This document shows positions 35,584 to 45,124 of a DNA stretch of 64,000 nucleotides, piece after piece (within the stretch, counting starts at the first letter, position 1; each line of letters begins with the position of its first letter). Position numbers and translations under genes: made by a program. Source of the DNA: Alphaproteobacteria bacterium (GTDB lineage Bacteria > Pseudomonadota > Alphaproteobacteria > Bin95); assembly GCA_964291285.2 (NCBI GenBank), contig OZ219787.1, forward strand, positions 1,888,001 through 1,952,000, written 5' to 3'. The notes under the pieces are model-generated. The model was not told where the DNA came from. It saw only the letters and a list, made by a program, of their open reading frames with translations, and did no database searches.

Positions 35584-36669
35584 CTACCTCCGGCAGAGCG
35601 CCCATTGTTCGGCAAGCGGAACGCCGAGACGCTGGCGGGTCATTTCTATCACCCCGAGCGACGAGAACGGCAATTGCCGCCGCGCCGCCGGATCGCCGGC
35701 GAAGCCGTCGGCCAGGCGGCGTTCGACCCGGCGCCGTTCCGCTGCCCGGTCGAGATCGACGAAATCGATCAGGATGAGCCCGCCAAGACCCCGCAACCGG
35801 ACCTCCCGCGCGATTGCCCCGGCGGCCTCCAGATTGAGCGCCAGCGCGCCCTTCCGCCCGCCGCCGTCCACATCGATCACGACGCCCGCGCGCGTTTCTT
35901 CCAGGGATATGCTGCCGCCGCCGTCGAGCGGCACGACGGGTTCCAACGCCCGTTCGATGGCGTCCTCTAGTCCGAAGGCCTGCCAGCCCGGCTCTTCCAG
36001 CAGTTCGATTCGGGCATCGGGCGGCCCGGCGCGTTCTGCATACCGGTGCAACGACCGGTCCACCATCAAGGTGCCGCCGGCGGCGAGCCGGTCACGCAGA
36101 AAGGCTGCAAGCGGGTCGGGCTCCCGCCACAGGAAGGCCGGGGCCTCGTCCCGGGCCGCGTCGATGCGCTGCCAGCGGGACCGCAGCACCTCCAGCTCCC
36201 GGGCGATGGCGGCGTCGCCGGCAGCGGTTGCAGCCGCGCGCACCACCGCGCCTTCTCCGGGCTGAAGGAGGCGGCGTGCCAAACCTTGCAGCCGCGTTCG
36301 CGTCCCGTCGTCCGGCAGGCGTCTCGACGCGGAGATATCCGGCCTCAGGGGCGTATAGACCAGATACCGGCCGGGAAGGCGCGGGGCCGCGCCGAGCGCC
36401 GGGCCCTTGCCCCCGGTTGCGGGCCGGGTCGCCTGCACCAGAACCGCGGCTCCTTCATGTGGCGGCTTGCCGGAGGCCAGCAACCCCGTCACATCTTCGC
36501 CCAGATCCACGAAGGCGCCCAGTCCCGGCTCCACGCGGAGCACCCGGCCGCGCCAGAGGGCGCCCATCTCGTCAACAGGCCGTTCGAGCCGTATTTCCGA
36601 TGGGCCGCCAGCTGCCAGCAGCGCCGCCGTCCGCCCCCAGGGCGTTTGCGTCAGCAGGGCCCGGTTCAC
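35584..36669 (-). CDS. Ribonuclease E/G family protein (short form)
   Basis: AFVDLG, VLVQ...GKGP, IDVD, NLEAA.AIAREVRLRGLGGLILIDF, LGVIEMTRQR; GTGA-coupled to maf. Confidence 0.88.
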   Translation of the reverse strand: MNRALLTQTPWGRTAALLAAGGPSEIRLERPVDEMGALWRGRVLRVEPGLGAFVDLGEDVTGLLASGKPPHEGAAVLVQATRPATGGKGPALGAAPRLPGRYLVYTPLRPDISASRRLPDDGTRTRLQGLARRLLQPGEGAVVRAAATAAGDAAIARELEVLRSRWQRIDAARDEAPAFLWREPDPLAAFLRDRLAAGGTLMVDRSLHRYAERAGPPDARIELLEEPGWQAFGLEDAIERALEPVVPLDGGGSISLEETRAGVVIDVDGGGRKGALALNLEAAGAIAREVRLRGLGGLILIDFVDLDRAAERRRVERRLADGFAGDPAARRQLPFSSLGVIEMTRQRLGVPLAEQWALCRR

Positions 36670-37241
36670 GGCACGGGATAGCCGAGGCCGGCGAGCAGCG
36701 ACCGCGCCTCGTAAAGGGCAAGGCCGACGACATTGGGATAAGAGCCCGTGATCGTCCTGACGAAGGCGCCGGCCCGCCCCTGGATACCGTAAGCGCCGGC
36801 CTTGTCCCGCCATTCGCCGCAAGCGAGATAGCTTTCGATCTCGCGCGTCTCCAGCCTCTTGAATGCCACATGGGTCAGGACCGTCCGGCTTGCCCGCCGC
36901 CCGTCGGGCGCCCGGACCGAAATGCCGCCCCAGACGCGGTGCCTGCGGCCCGACAGCAGCGCCAGGAAACGGCGCGCCTCCTCGACATCCTGCGCCTTGC
37001 CGAGCACCCGGCGCCCGCATGCCACAACCGTGTCCGCGGCAAGCACATGGTTCCCGGGAAAGCGTTTCGCCGCTGCCGCGCACTTCTCCCCGGCAAGCCG
37101 GACGGCGAGATTCCGCGGCAACTCCCCGGTTCGCGGCGTTTCGTCAATTTCCATCGGAGCGATGCGATCGGGTTCGATGCCGATGCGGCGGAGCAATTCG
37201 AGCCGGCGGGGCGAAGCGGAGGCAAGCACGAGCGAAGCCAT
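36666..37241 (-). CDS. maf: Maf family nucleoside triphosphate pyrophosphatase
   Basis: LVLASASPRR, DETP, AADTVV, DKAGAYGIQG, GSYPNVVGL. Confidence 0.93.
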   Translation of the reverse strand: MASLVLASASPRRLELLRRIGIEPDRIAPMEIDETPRTGELPRNLAVRLAGEKCAAAAKRFPGNHVLAADTVVACGRRVLGKAQDVEEARRFLALLSGRRHRVWGGISVRAPDGRRASRTVLTHVAFKRLETREIESYLACGEWRDKAGAYGIQGRAGAFVRTITGSYPNVVGLALYEARSLLAGLGYPVP

Positions 37242-37251
37242 GGAGAGCGTG

Positions 37252-37692
37252 TTAGCCCAGGCGGGGCATGTTGGGGAAGCGTTCGCGTATGCGGGCCTCC
37301 AGATCGCTGCGCACCGAACGGAATGCCGCGAGCCGCTGTTCCCGCGATCCTTCGTTCAGGGTCGGATCCGGCACATCCCAGTACTCCACCGTCGCGGTTG
37401 ACCCTGCAGCGAACGACTTCGCCGCCCGGAAGGCGTCTTCCGACAGCGCGACGACGAGTTCGAAAGAGCAATCCGAAAGCTCATCGAATGTCCGCGCCCG
37501 GTGGCTGCGAATGTCGAGGCCGATCTCGTCCATGACCGCAACCGCGAACGGATTGACGAGGCCGGGCTCCACGCCGGCCGAGTCGATGGAGGTTCCCGGG
37601 CTCAGCCGGCGTCCGGCCAGCGCCTCCGCCATGGGCGAACGCACCGCGTTCCGGGTGCAGGCAAAGAGCAGGCTGCGGGGCGCGCGGCTCAT
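37252..37692 (-). CDS. Low-molecular-weight phosphatase / ArsC family protein
   Basis: LFACTRNAVRSPMAE (CX5R P-loop), DSAG, WDVPDP. Confidence 0.9.
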   Translation of the reverse strand: MSRAPRSLLFACTRNAVRSPMAEALAGRRLSPGTSIDSAGVEPGLVNPFAVAVMDEIGLDIRSHRARTFDELSDCSFELVVALSEDAFRAAKSFAAGSTATVEYWDVPDPTLNEGSREQRLAAFRSVRSDLEARIRERFPNMPRLG

Positions 37693-38186
37693 TCGGACCG
37701 GCCCCGGAAATGCAGGACGCAAAGCAGGGTGAACAGGCGGCGGGCCGTATCGTGGTCGAGTTCGACATGAGCCGACACGGCCTGTTGCAGCTTGTCTGCG
37801 CCTTCGTCGTGAAGGGCGCGCCGGCCCATATCGATGGCTTCGATCTGGGAAGGCGACAGGCGTTTGATCGCCTCGTAATAGCTGTCGCAGATGGTGAAAT
37901 AATCCTTCACGACCCGCCGGAAGCCTCCGAGCGAAACGCTTATGTCGATCGGAGGCGAGCCGTCCGGAGCTGTTACCCGCAATGCCAGCCTCCGCTCGAT
38001 AACGGCCAGATGCAGCGCATAGGGCCCTGCGGGGCCTTCGAGAAGACGGAACCGGTTCCTCTCCACCAGATCGAAGATCGCAACGGCGCGTTCCTGCTCG
38101 ATCTCCGGCGTGCGCCGCAGGACAAGCCGTTCGTCGAGGCTGACCGAGGCAATCTGGAATCGGCTCTCGCCGGCCTTGTCAGCCAT
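37689..38186 (-). CDS. UPF0262 family protein
   Basis: EQERAVAIFDL.E.N.F, KDYF.ICDSYYEAI, IEAIDMGRR, TARRLFTL. Confidence 0.9.
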   Translation of the reverse strand: MADKAGESRFQIASVSLDERLVLRRTPEIEQERAVAIFDLVERNRFRLLEGPAGPYALHLAVIERRLALRVTAPDGSPPIDISVSLGGFRRVVKDYFTICDSYYEAIKRLSPSQIEAIDMGRRALHDEGADKLQQAVSAHVELDHDTARRLFTLLCVLHFRGRSE

Positions 38187-39462
38187 CGAGCCGAAGCGCA
38201 ACCGACAAGCCGTGAGCATCCAGCCCTTCGGCGGCGGCGAGCGCGGTGGCGGCCGGGCCCAAGGCAGCCAGCGAGTCCGCGCCGCAACCCAGCAGAGTTG
38301 TGCGTTTCATGAAGTCCATGACGCCGAGCCCGGATGCGAACCGGGCGGCGCGCGAAGTCGGCAGCACATGGTTCGGCCCGCCGACATAATCGCCAACGGC
38401 CTCGGGAGTGAGAGCGCCGAGAAATACGGCGCCGGCGTGGCGCACGCGCTGGGCCAGCGGTTCCGGATCGGCGACCGCCAGTTGAAGATGCTCGGGCGCG
38501 ATGGCGTCGATCAGCGCAGGCGCTTCTTCCAGGTCCCGGACGACGATGCTGGCTCCGTGACGCTCCCAGCTCGCGCGCGCCGTCGCGGCGCGCGGCAGGG
38601 TTTCGAGATGGCTGCCGATTTCCGCTTCGACGGCGTCCGCGTCGTCGCGCGACAGCGCGATGAGAATGCTCTGCGCCGCCTCATCGTGCTCCGCCTGCGC
38701 CAGCAGGTCGGCTGCGATCCACGACGGCGGGCAGCAGCCGTCCCAGACGACGAGCACTTCCGACGGCCCCGCAATCGTGTCGATGCCGACATGTCCGAAA
38801 ACCTGCCGCTTGGCGGTCGCGACCCAGATGTTTCCAGGGCCGACAATCTTGTCCACCGGCGAGACGCTTTCTGTGCCGAACGCGAGCGCGCCTACGGCCT
38901 GCGCGCCGCCGATTCCGTAAACTTCTTCAATGCCCGCAAGCCGTGCAGCAGCGAACACCAGCGGGTCGAATGCGCCCGCTGGCGTCGGCACCGTCATCGT
39001 GAGCCGCCCGACGCCTGCCACCCGGGCAGGAATTGCATTCATGAGCACCGAACTCGGATAGGCGGCAGAACCTCCCGGTACATACAGGCCGACCGCTTCT
39101 ATCGGCGTCCAGCGCAGGCCAAGCCGCACGCCGAGCTCATCGCGATAATCGAGATCGGCCGGCATTTGCGCCCGATGGAACGTCTCGATCCGCGACGCCG
39201 CCAGTTCAAGCGCGTCCCGGGCCGGCGCCGGTGTTTCAGCAAGCGCCCGGTCCAGCGTTTCCACCGGAATACGCAGCGGTCCGGTCACGCCGTCGAAGCG
39301 TTCGGTATATTCCGCAACAGCCGCATCGCCGCGCGCCCGGACATCGGCGAGGATGGAAGCGACCGCGGCGTCGACATCTTCCGTTCCAGCCCGGTCCACC
39401 CGCATCAGCGCGTCGAAATCTCCGGCGAAATCCGGATCGGTCGTGTCAAGCCGCCTGGGCAA
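38179..39462 (-). CDS. hisD: Histidinol dehydrogenase
   Basis: [61 protein letters not shown]. Confidence 0.97.
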   Translation of the reverse strand: MPRRLDTTDPDFAGDFDALMRVDRAGTEDVDAAVASILADVRARGDAAVAEYTERFDGVTGPLRIPVETLDRALAETPAPARDALELAASRIETFHRAQMPADLDYRDELGVRLGLRWTPIEAVGLYVPGGSAAYPSSVLMNAIPARVAGVGRLTMTVPTPAGAFDPLVFAAARLAGIEEVYGIGGAQAVGALAFGTESVSPVDKIVGPGNIWVATAKRQVFGHVGIDTIAGPSEVLVVWDGCCPPSWIAADLLAQAEHDEAAQSILIALSRDDADAVEAEIGSHLETLPRAATARASWERHGASIVVRDLEEAPALIDAIAPEHLQLAVADPEPLAQRVRHAGAVFLGALTPEAVGDYVGGPNHVLPTSRAARFASGLGVMDFMKRTTLLGCGADSLAALGPAATALAAAEGLDAHGLSVALRLDG

Positions 39463-40108
39463 GGGAGACCTCCCGGAAGCGCCCGATCCAGCCCTGAAGC
39501 TCCGCCGTGCGCGTCTTGAGCAGGGTGCGGTTGACGATGAGGCAGGATGTGATGTCCGCGATATGCTCGACCTCGACCAGACCGTTGGCCTTCAGGGTCG
39601 CGCCAGAGGCGACGAGGTCCACAATGCGACGGCAGAGCCCGAGAGAAGGCGCGAGCTCCATCGCGCCGTTGAGCGTGATGCATTGCGCCTGCACTCCGCG
39701 CGCGGCGAAGTGCCGTTTCGTGACTTCGGGATATTTCGTCGCAATGCGAATCTGGCTCCAGCGCCGCGGATCGTCACGGGCGACCATGGCTGCTGGTTCC
39801 GCTACGGCCAGGCGGCAGTGGCCGATATCGAGGTCGAGCGGCGCATAGAGTTCGTCATAACCGAACTCCATAATCACGTCCCGGCCCGCGATGCCGAGCG
39901 CCGCGGCGCCGAATGCCACGAATGTGGCAACGTCGAAGGAACGGACCCGGATGATCGACACGCCCGGCAGGTTGGTCCGAAAGTGCAGCCGCCGGTCGTC
40001 CGGGTCGTCGAATCCGGGCTCCGGCTCGATACCGGCAGCCCGGACGAGGGGCATCGCCTCCGAGAGGATGCGCCCCTTAGGCAGCGCCAGGACCAGCGGA
40101 CCGGTCAT
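39446..40108 (-). CDS. hisG: ATP phosphoribosyltransferase, short form
   Basis: [50 protein letters not shown]. Confidence 0.96.
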   Translation of the reverse strand: MTGPLVLALPKGRILSEAMPLVRAAGIEPEPGFDDPDDRRLHFRTNLPGVSIIRVRSFDVATFVAFGAAALGIAGRDVIMEFGYDELYAPLDLDIGHCRLAVAEPAAMVARDDPRRWSQIRIATKYPEVTKRHFAARGVQAQCITLNGAMELAPSLGLCRRIVDLVASGATLKANGLVEVEHIADITSCLIVNRTLLKTRTAELQGWIGRFREVSLAQAA

Positions 40109-40539
40109 GCCGCGTCCCCGTTGGTCCCGTGTTCCGGCCGCCATACCGTCGGCCAGGGCTCGCCCAGATCTTCGAGGACGCAGTCGAGCGGCTCGCTGTC
40201 CACCCGCACTGTGGCGCCGCCCGCAAATGCCAGGTCCACCGCCGCGTCATCGGTCGGCGCCATGGTCAACAGGCTGAGCAGCCCGTCCGGTCGTCCGCGG
40301 TCCACATTGCTGGTATGCACAGCGCAGACATTCTGGAACGACAGCATGGCGTGCGTGCGCTCGAAGGGCGGCTTATCGCCGGCGCACTCCCATCGGAAGC
40401 GATTGAAGACAATGGCGAACCGGTTCTGGTCCCGCATCCAGGTCATATCCGAGAGGGGTGCAATCGCGTCCTGGATGCAGGCCGCAATCACCTGCAATTC
40501 CTCAACGGATGTCGCGCGCAATTTGAGCTGCCCGCTCAT
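40105..40539 (-). CDS. DUF2948 family protein
   Basis: LKLRA...[25 protein letters not shown]; conserved between murA and his genes. Confidence 0.88.
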   Translation of the reverse strand: MSGQLKLRATSVEELQVIAACIQDAIAPLSDMTWMRDQNRFAIVFNRFRWECAGDKPPFERTHAMLSFQNVCAVHTSNVDRGRPDGLLSLLTMAPTDDAAVDLAFAGGATVRVDSEPLDCVLEDLGEPWPTVWRPEHGTNGDAA

Positions 40540-41897
40540 TGGGCCGCCAGGTCGCTGCCCAAGGCAGGCACGACCTCGATATCCGCGCCGACGCTCGCCA
40601 GCCGTCCCGGAACATCCGCGTAGCCGCGCTCAATGAAGCGGGCTCCAAGAACCTCGCTTTCCCCTTCCGCAATCAGCGCGGCGAGCAGATAGGCGAAGCC
40701 GGCCCTGAGGTCCGGCACCTCAATCCGCCGGCCGACAAGCGGCGTCGCACCCTGCACGACGGCGCTGTGGGGAAAGTTGCGTTCCCGGAAACGACAGGGC
40801 TTGCCGCCGAGGCAGGCGGTGGAAAGCGTGATGTTGGCGCCCATGTCGTTCAGGGTGCCGGTGTAGCCGAAGCGGTTCTCATAGACCGTTTCGTGCAGGA
40901 CCGAGACGCCTTCTGCCTGGGTCAGCAGGGTTACCATCGGCTGTTGCCAGTCGGTCATGAAGCCCGGATGCACATCGGTCTCGATGTGGATCGGGCGCAA
41001 CGCATCGCGGGCGCGGAAGAAGGTTATCGCGTCGTCCATGATCTCGAAGCCGCCGCCAACCTTCCGCAGCACATTGAGGAAGGTGACTATGGTCCGCTGG
41101 TCGGCCCCGGAAATGCGGATGCGCCCGCCGGTCGCGACCGCCGCCATGGCGAAGGATGCGACCTCTATGCGATCCGCCATCGGTCGATGGGTCGCGCCGG
41201 AAAGCCGCTCCACGCCCTCGACAACAATTTTCCGGTCGGTTTCGATCTGGATGAGCGCGCCCATCTTCTGGAGGAAGAGGACCGTATCGACGATCTCCGG
41301 CTCGATGGCCGCGTTGTGGATCACCGTGGTGCCGTCCGCCAGGCAGGCCGCCTGAATGGCGTTTTCCGTCGCTCCGACGCTGGGGTAAGGCAGGCGGACG
41401 ACGGCGCCTTTCAGCCGGTCCGCCTTGGCGGTATAGCCGTCCCGATCCGCGTCGATACGCGCGCCCATCTGCTCCAGCAGCGCGATGTGGAAGTCTATGG
41501 GGCGCTCGCCGATATGGTCGCCGCCGACGACCGGAACGCGCGCCATGCCCGCCCGGTGCAGAAGCGGGGCGATCAGCAGCACGGGCAGGCGGTTGACGCC
41601 TGAATAGCGCTGCCCGACGGCGGTCGAGGCGATGTCGGCGGTTTGGATGTCCACTGCCCCGGAGTTGTCGCGGGATATGGTCGCGCCGATTTCCGCCAGC
41701 ATGCCGAGCGCGAGGTCGATCTCGGAAATGTCCGGCACGTCCAGCAGCCGGCAGGGCTCGGCGGTCAGGAGGGAGGCGACCAGCTGCTTGCTCACGGCAT
41801 TCTTGGCCGTCTGGGCGCGGATCGCCCCGTTCAACGGCCTGCCGCCGCGAATGCGATAGGCTCTGGCGCCGGTTTCGAGCACGAGTGGAGCCCTCAT
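40536..41897 (-). CDS. murA: UDP-N-acetylglucosamine 1-carboxyvinyltransferase (Asp at the Cys115-equivalent position)
   Basis: AKNA, GGDHIGERP, PSVGATEN, DRIE, PGFMTDWQQP, ETVYENRF, DLRAG, RGY. Start position uncertain. Confidence 0.95.
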   Translation of the reverse strand: MRAPLVLETGARAYRIRGGRPLNGAIRAQTAKNAVSKQLVASLLTAEPCRLLDVPDISEIDLALGMLAEIGATISRDNSGAVDIQTADIASTAVGQRYSGVNRLPVLLIAPLLHRAGMARVPVVGGDHIGERPIDFHIALLEQMGARIDADRDGYTAKADRLKGAVVRLPYPSVGATENAIQAACLADGTTVIHNAAIEPEIVDTVLFLQKMGALIQIETDRKIVVEGVERLSGATHRPMADRIEVASFAMAAVATGGRIRISGADQRTIVTFLNVLRKVGGGFEIMDDAITFFRARDALRPIHIETDVHPGFMTDWQQPMVTLLTQAEGVSVLHETVYENRFGYTGTLNDMGANITLSTACLGGKPCRFRERNFPHSAVVQGATPLVGRRIEVPDLRAGFAYLLAALIAEGESEVLGARFIERGYADVPGRLASVGADIEVVPALGSDLAAQ

Positions 41898-41964
41898 CCT
41901 GGATCGCGCCGCACCGGCGATGGTTCTCCCGGCCGGCACGGCGTTTTGCGGCCCGCTTGTAGCT

Positions 41965-42120
41965 TTAGCAGTCCCGTTCGGCAATGTCGCCGGGCGCTTC
42001 GGCGTCCTCGTCGCCTTCGTCGCGTTGGCGCGCCTTGCGGCGGCGCAGGTTCTGCCGGAGCGCCTCCGCGAGACGTCGTTGCTTTCGTTCCTTCGTCTCC
42101 CGGTCTTCGGAGGCAGCCAT
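41965..42120 (-). CDS. Small basic hypothetical protein upstream of murA
   Basis: RRLAEALRQNLRRRKA motif, typical of the small ORF at this alphaproteobacterial locus; GGAG RBS. Confidence 0.65.
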   Translation of the reverse strand: MAASEDRETKERKQRRLAEALRQNLRRRKARQRDEGDEDAEAPGDIAERDC

Positions 42121-42168
42121 CTCCGCTTGCCCTCCCGTCGTTCCCTGTGGCATAGACGCGCCCGGCGG

Positions 42169-42243
42169 GCCGCCGTAGCTCAGGGGTAGAGCACACCCTT
42201 GGTAAGGGTGGGGTCGAGTGTTCAAATCACTCCGGCGGCACCA
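42169..42243 (+). tRNA. tRNA-Thr(GGT)
   Basis: Acceptor GCCGCCG/CGGCGGC + ACCA, D arm GCTCAGGGGTAGAGC, anticodon arm CACCC-TTGGTAA-GGGTG, T loop TTCAAAT. Confidence 0.97.
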
Positions 42244-42967
42244 TTCCCCGGCGCATGGCGAGCATGGTTTCGCGGGCGGCGGACAGCGCGTCCGCGACCG
42301 GGAGGTCGAGGGAACGCTGGAACACCCGCTTGGTCGCGCGCACCGCTTCCCGGTCGAAAGCCGCCAGGGCCTCCGCCATCGAGAGCGCCTCATCAAGAAC
42401 CTTTTCGTCCGGGACGATCCGGTTGATCATCCCGAGTTCCAGCGCCCGGTTCGCGGAGACGTCCTCGGCGAGCGTCAACAGTTCAAACGCCGCCTTCGGC
42501 CCGATACGGTGCGCGAGGCCGGGCGTGACCATGGTGGCGGCCAGCCCGCGCCGGACCTCCGGATAGCCGAACACGGCGCTTGCGCCCGCTACCGCGAGGT
42601 CGCAGGCGATGGCGAGATTGCAGCCGCCGCCTAGCGCATAGCCGCGCACCGCCGCGATCAACGGCTTGTCCGTCAGCCGGCCCAACTCGTAGATCGCCGC
42701 CCCGGCCTCCGCCCGGTCCCGGGCGGCGCGCGGGCCTTCGCCGGCATGGTCCGCGGCTTCCTTCATGTCGGCGCCGGCGGAAAAGGCGCGCTCATTGCCC
42801 TGCAGGACGATGCACGCCACCGCTTCGTCGCCATGCGCGCGCCTGACCGCGTCGCAGATCGCATCGACCAGCGCGCCATTGAGCGCGTTCAGCCGGCGCG
42901 GCCTGTTGAGGGTCAGGATGCGCGTGCTGCCGCGGTCTTCCAGGAGCAGGATATCGGCGTCGGCCAT
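42227..42967 (-). CDS. Enoyl-CoA hydratase/isomerase family protein
   Basis: LTLNRP..LNAL, AFSAGAD, KPLIAAV.GYALGGG, FGYPE. Confidence 0.92.
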   Translation of the reverse strand: MADADILLLEDRGSTRILTLNRPRRLNALNGALVDAICDAVRRAHGDEAVACIVLQGNERAFSAGADMKEAADHAGEGPRAARDRAEAGAAIYELGRLTDKPLIAAVRGYALGGGCNLAIACDLAVAGASAVFGYPEVRRGLAATMVTPGLAHRIGPKAAFELLTLAEDVSANRALELGMINRIVPDEKVLDEALSMAEALAAFDREAVRATKRVFQRSLDLPVADALSAARETMLAMRRGMVPPE

Positions 42968-43035
42968 GCGGGAGGCGTCCTTGAACGGGCAGGGCAGTGT
43001 ATGCTTGGTCGAGAGGAACGGAAGTGGGGAAGACA

Positions 43036-43662
43036 GTGAGCGAACTCGACCAATGGCTGGAGCGGGTATACAGCGCCGGGTCCACGGCGGAAAACCAGCG
43101 CATTTACGACGACTGGGCGGAGAGCTACGACGCCGATGTCTCGTCGGGCGGCTACGCCTACGCGCCCGTGGCGGCAGGCCTGTTCGGACGCCATGTGGCG
43201 CCGGGCGAAACGCCGGTGCTGGATGCCGGCTGCGGCAGCGGCATCATCGGGGCGGCGCTCGCGTGCCTTGGATACACGAATCTCACAGGCATAGACCTTT
43301 CCGACGGCATGCTGCGGGCTGCGGGGCGCAAGGGCGTCTATCGGGACCTGCGCCAGCGGGTCCTGGGCGAGACGCTCGATTTCGACGACGGCGCATTTAA
43401 GGCGGTCGTCTGCACCGGCGTCTTCACTCCCGGCCATGCGCCGCCGGAATCGCTCGACGAACTCGTTCGCGTGACGGCCAAGGGCGGCGTGTTCATCTTC
43501 TGCTGCACGGAAGCCGCGCTCTCGGAGGGCGGTTTCCAGGCGAAGATCGACGCCCTGACCGGGGCCGGCCTCTGGACCCTGACCGACACGGCGGGACCTG
43601 TCACGGCCCTGCCGCAGGCGGCCATCCAGCACGCAGCGACATTCTTCGTCTATCGGCGCTGA
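43036..43662 (+). CDS. Class I SAM-dependent methyltransferase
   Basis: YDDWAESYD, VLDAGCGSG, GIDLSDGML, GVFTPGHAP. Confidence 0.9.
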   Translation: MSELDQWLERVYSAGSTAENQRIYDDWAESYDADVSSGGYAYAPVAAGLFGRHVAPGETPVLDAGCGSGIIGAALACLGYTNLTGIDLSDGMLRAAGRKGVYRDLRQRVLGETLDFDDGAFKAVVCTGVFTPGHAPPESLDELVRVTAKGGVFIFCCTEAALSEGGFQAKIDALTGAGLWTLTDTAGPVTALPQAAIQHAATFFVYRR

Positions 43663-43796
43663 AACGGCGCCTCGCTGTCGTCGGGCGGGAGGTCCTTCAT
43701 CGGCCTCGCCGCCTTGATGCGCCGCCAGGTCAGCCAGAGCTTGAGGCCGGCGACCAGCGCCAGCGCGCCGAAAACGACCAGCGCCTCGATGATCAT
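43650..43796 (-). CDS. Small membrane protein (48 aa) coupled to ccr
   Basis: MIIEALVVFGALALVAGLKLWLTWRRIK...; ATGA overlap with the ccr stop. Not in the ORF track. Confidence 0.55.
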   Translation of the reverse strand: MIIEALVVFGALALVAGLKLWLTWRRIKAARPMKDLPPDDSEAPFQRR

Positions 43797-45028
43797 GAAG
43801 CGCCCTGGCCGCGTTCGGTGGCGTTGACCAGCACCGCCATCTGCCCGGCGGCGTGGCGGTTTTCGTGCATCAGCTGGTGGGCGTGGCCGAGGTCGTCGAA
43901 ATCGAACACCTCCGAGAGGCAGGGGTCGATCTTGCCGTCGATGACCAATTGGTTGACCGCCGCGGCCTGCTCGTCATTGGAGAGGTGGCTGCCCTGGAAC
44001 CGCTTCTGCCGCATCCAGTGGTAGCGCAGGTCGAGGGTCACATTGTAGCCGGTGGTGCCGGCGCAGATGACGATCATGCCGCCGGTGTCGCAGACGAACT
44101 CCGAAGTCGGCAGGGTGGCCTCGCCCGGATGCTCGAACACGATCTTCGGGCTCGCGCGCTCGCCGAGCGCCTCCCAGATCGCGCCGCCGAAGGCGCGGGC
44201 GCCCTTCGCCCAGGCGCCGTAGGCGGCGCCGTCGGTCGTGTCCGGCATCGGCCCCCAATGGTCGAAGGCGGTGCGGTTGATGACGCCTACTGCGCCCATC
44301 TCCATGCACCAGTCGCGCTTGGCGTCGTCGGAGATGACGGCGACCGGCCGGCCGCCGAGCGCAGCGGTGATCTGCAGCGCCATCGCGCCGAGGCCGCCGG
44401 ACGCACCCCAGACAAGCACTGCATCGCCCGGCTCGACCGTGTGCGGCGGCCAGCCCATCAGCATCCGGTAGGCGGTCGAGGCGCAGAGCAGGTAGCAGCC
44501 CGACTGCTCCCAACTCAGGTGTTTCGGGCGCGGCTGGCACTGGTGCGCCTGCGCCTTCGCGAACTGGCAATAGGAGCCGTAATTGGTCTGGTAGCCCCAG
44601 ATCCGGGTCGAGGTCGCCAGCATGGGGTCCTTGCCCGACAGCACCCACGGGTCGTCCGGCTCCCACCAGCCGGAGTGGATCACCACCTCGTCGCCGGGCC
44701 TGACATTCATGACCTCCGAGCCGACCGCCTGGACGATGCCGGAGCAGTCGCTGCCGCCGGCATGGAAGTCCTCCGGCTCGCCCTTGCGCATCCGCTCCTG
44801 GATCACGTCGATCGGATATCCCAGCGCCGCCCAGACATTGTTGTAGTTGATGCCCGTCGCCATGACATAGACGAGCACCTCGTCCGGCTTGAGATCCGGA
44901 ACCGGGATGACCTCATGCTGCCAGGCGTCTTTCGGCTCCCCGAACCGGTCCTGGCGCACAAGGAAGGCGTGCATCGTCTCGGGCACCTCGCCGAGCGGCG
45001 GCTGTTCGCCCAAAGCGCAGAGTTCCAT
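43793..45028 (-). CDS. ccr: Crotonyl-CoA carboxylase/reductase family protein
   Basis: PPLGEVP..MHA, GINYNNVWA, GSD.SG, IWGY.T, TAYRML, LVWGASGGLG, FEHPG..T, CAGTTG, WMRQKR.QGSH. Confidence 0.9.
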   Translation of the reverse strand: MELCALGEQPPLGEVPETMHAFLVRQDRFGEPKDAWQHEVIPVPDLKPDEVLVYVMATGINYNNVWAALGYPIDVIQERMRKGEPEDFHAGGSDCSGIVQAVGSEVMNVRPGDEVVIHSGWWEPDDPWVLSGKDPMLATSTRIWGYQTNYGSYCQFAKAQAHQCQPRPKHLSWEQSGCYLLCASTAYRMLMGWPPHTVEPGDAVLVWGASGGLGAMALQITAALGGRPVAVISDDAKRDWCMEMGAVGVINRTAFDHWGPMPDTTDGAAYGAWAKGARAFGGAIWEALGERASPKIVFEHPGEATLPTSEFVCDTGGMIVICAGTTGYNVTLDLRYHWMRQKRFQGSHLSNDEQAAAVNQLVIDGKIDPCLSEVFDFDDLGHAHQLMHENRHAAGQMAVLVNATERGQGAS

Positions 45029-45124
45029 CGGGCCGGCTCCTTCTTCGTTTCGCATCGGCAGGGATACGCTCTAGGCGGTTGCCGTCCGGAATTCAATTCC
45101 CGGTGCCCGCCTCGCCAGCGCTGC

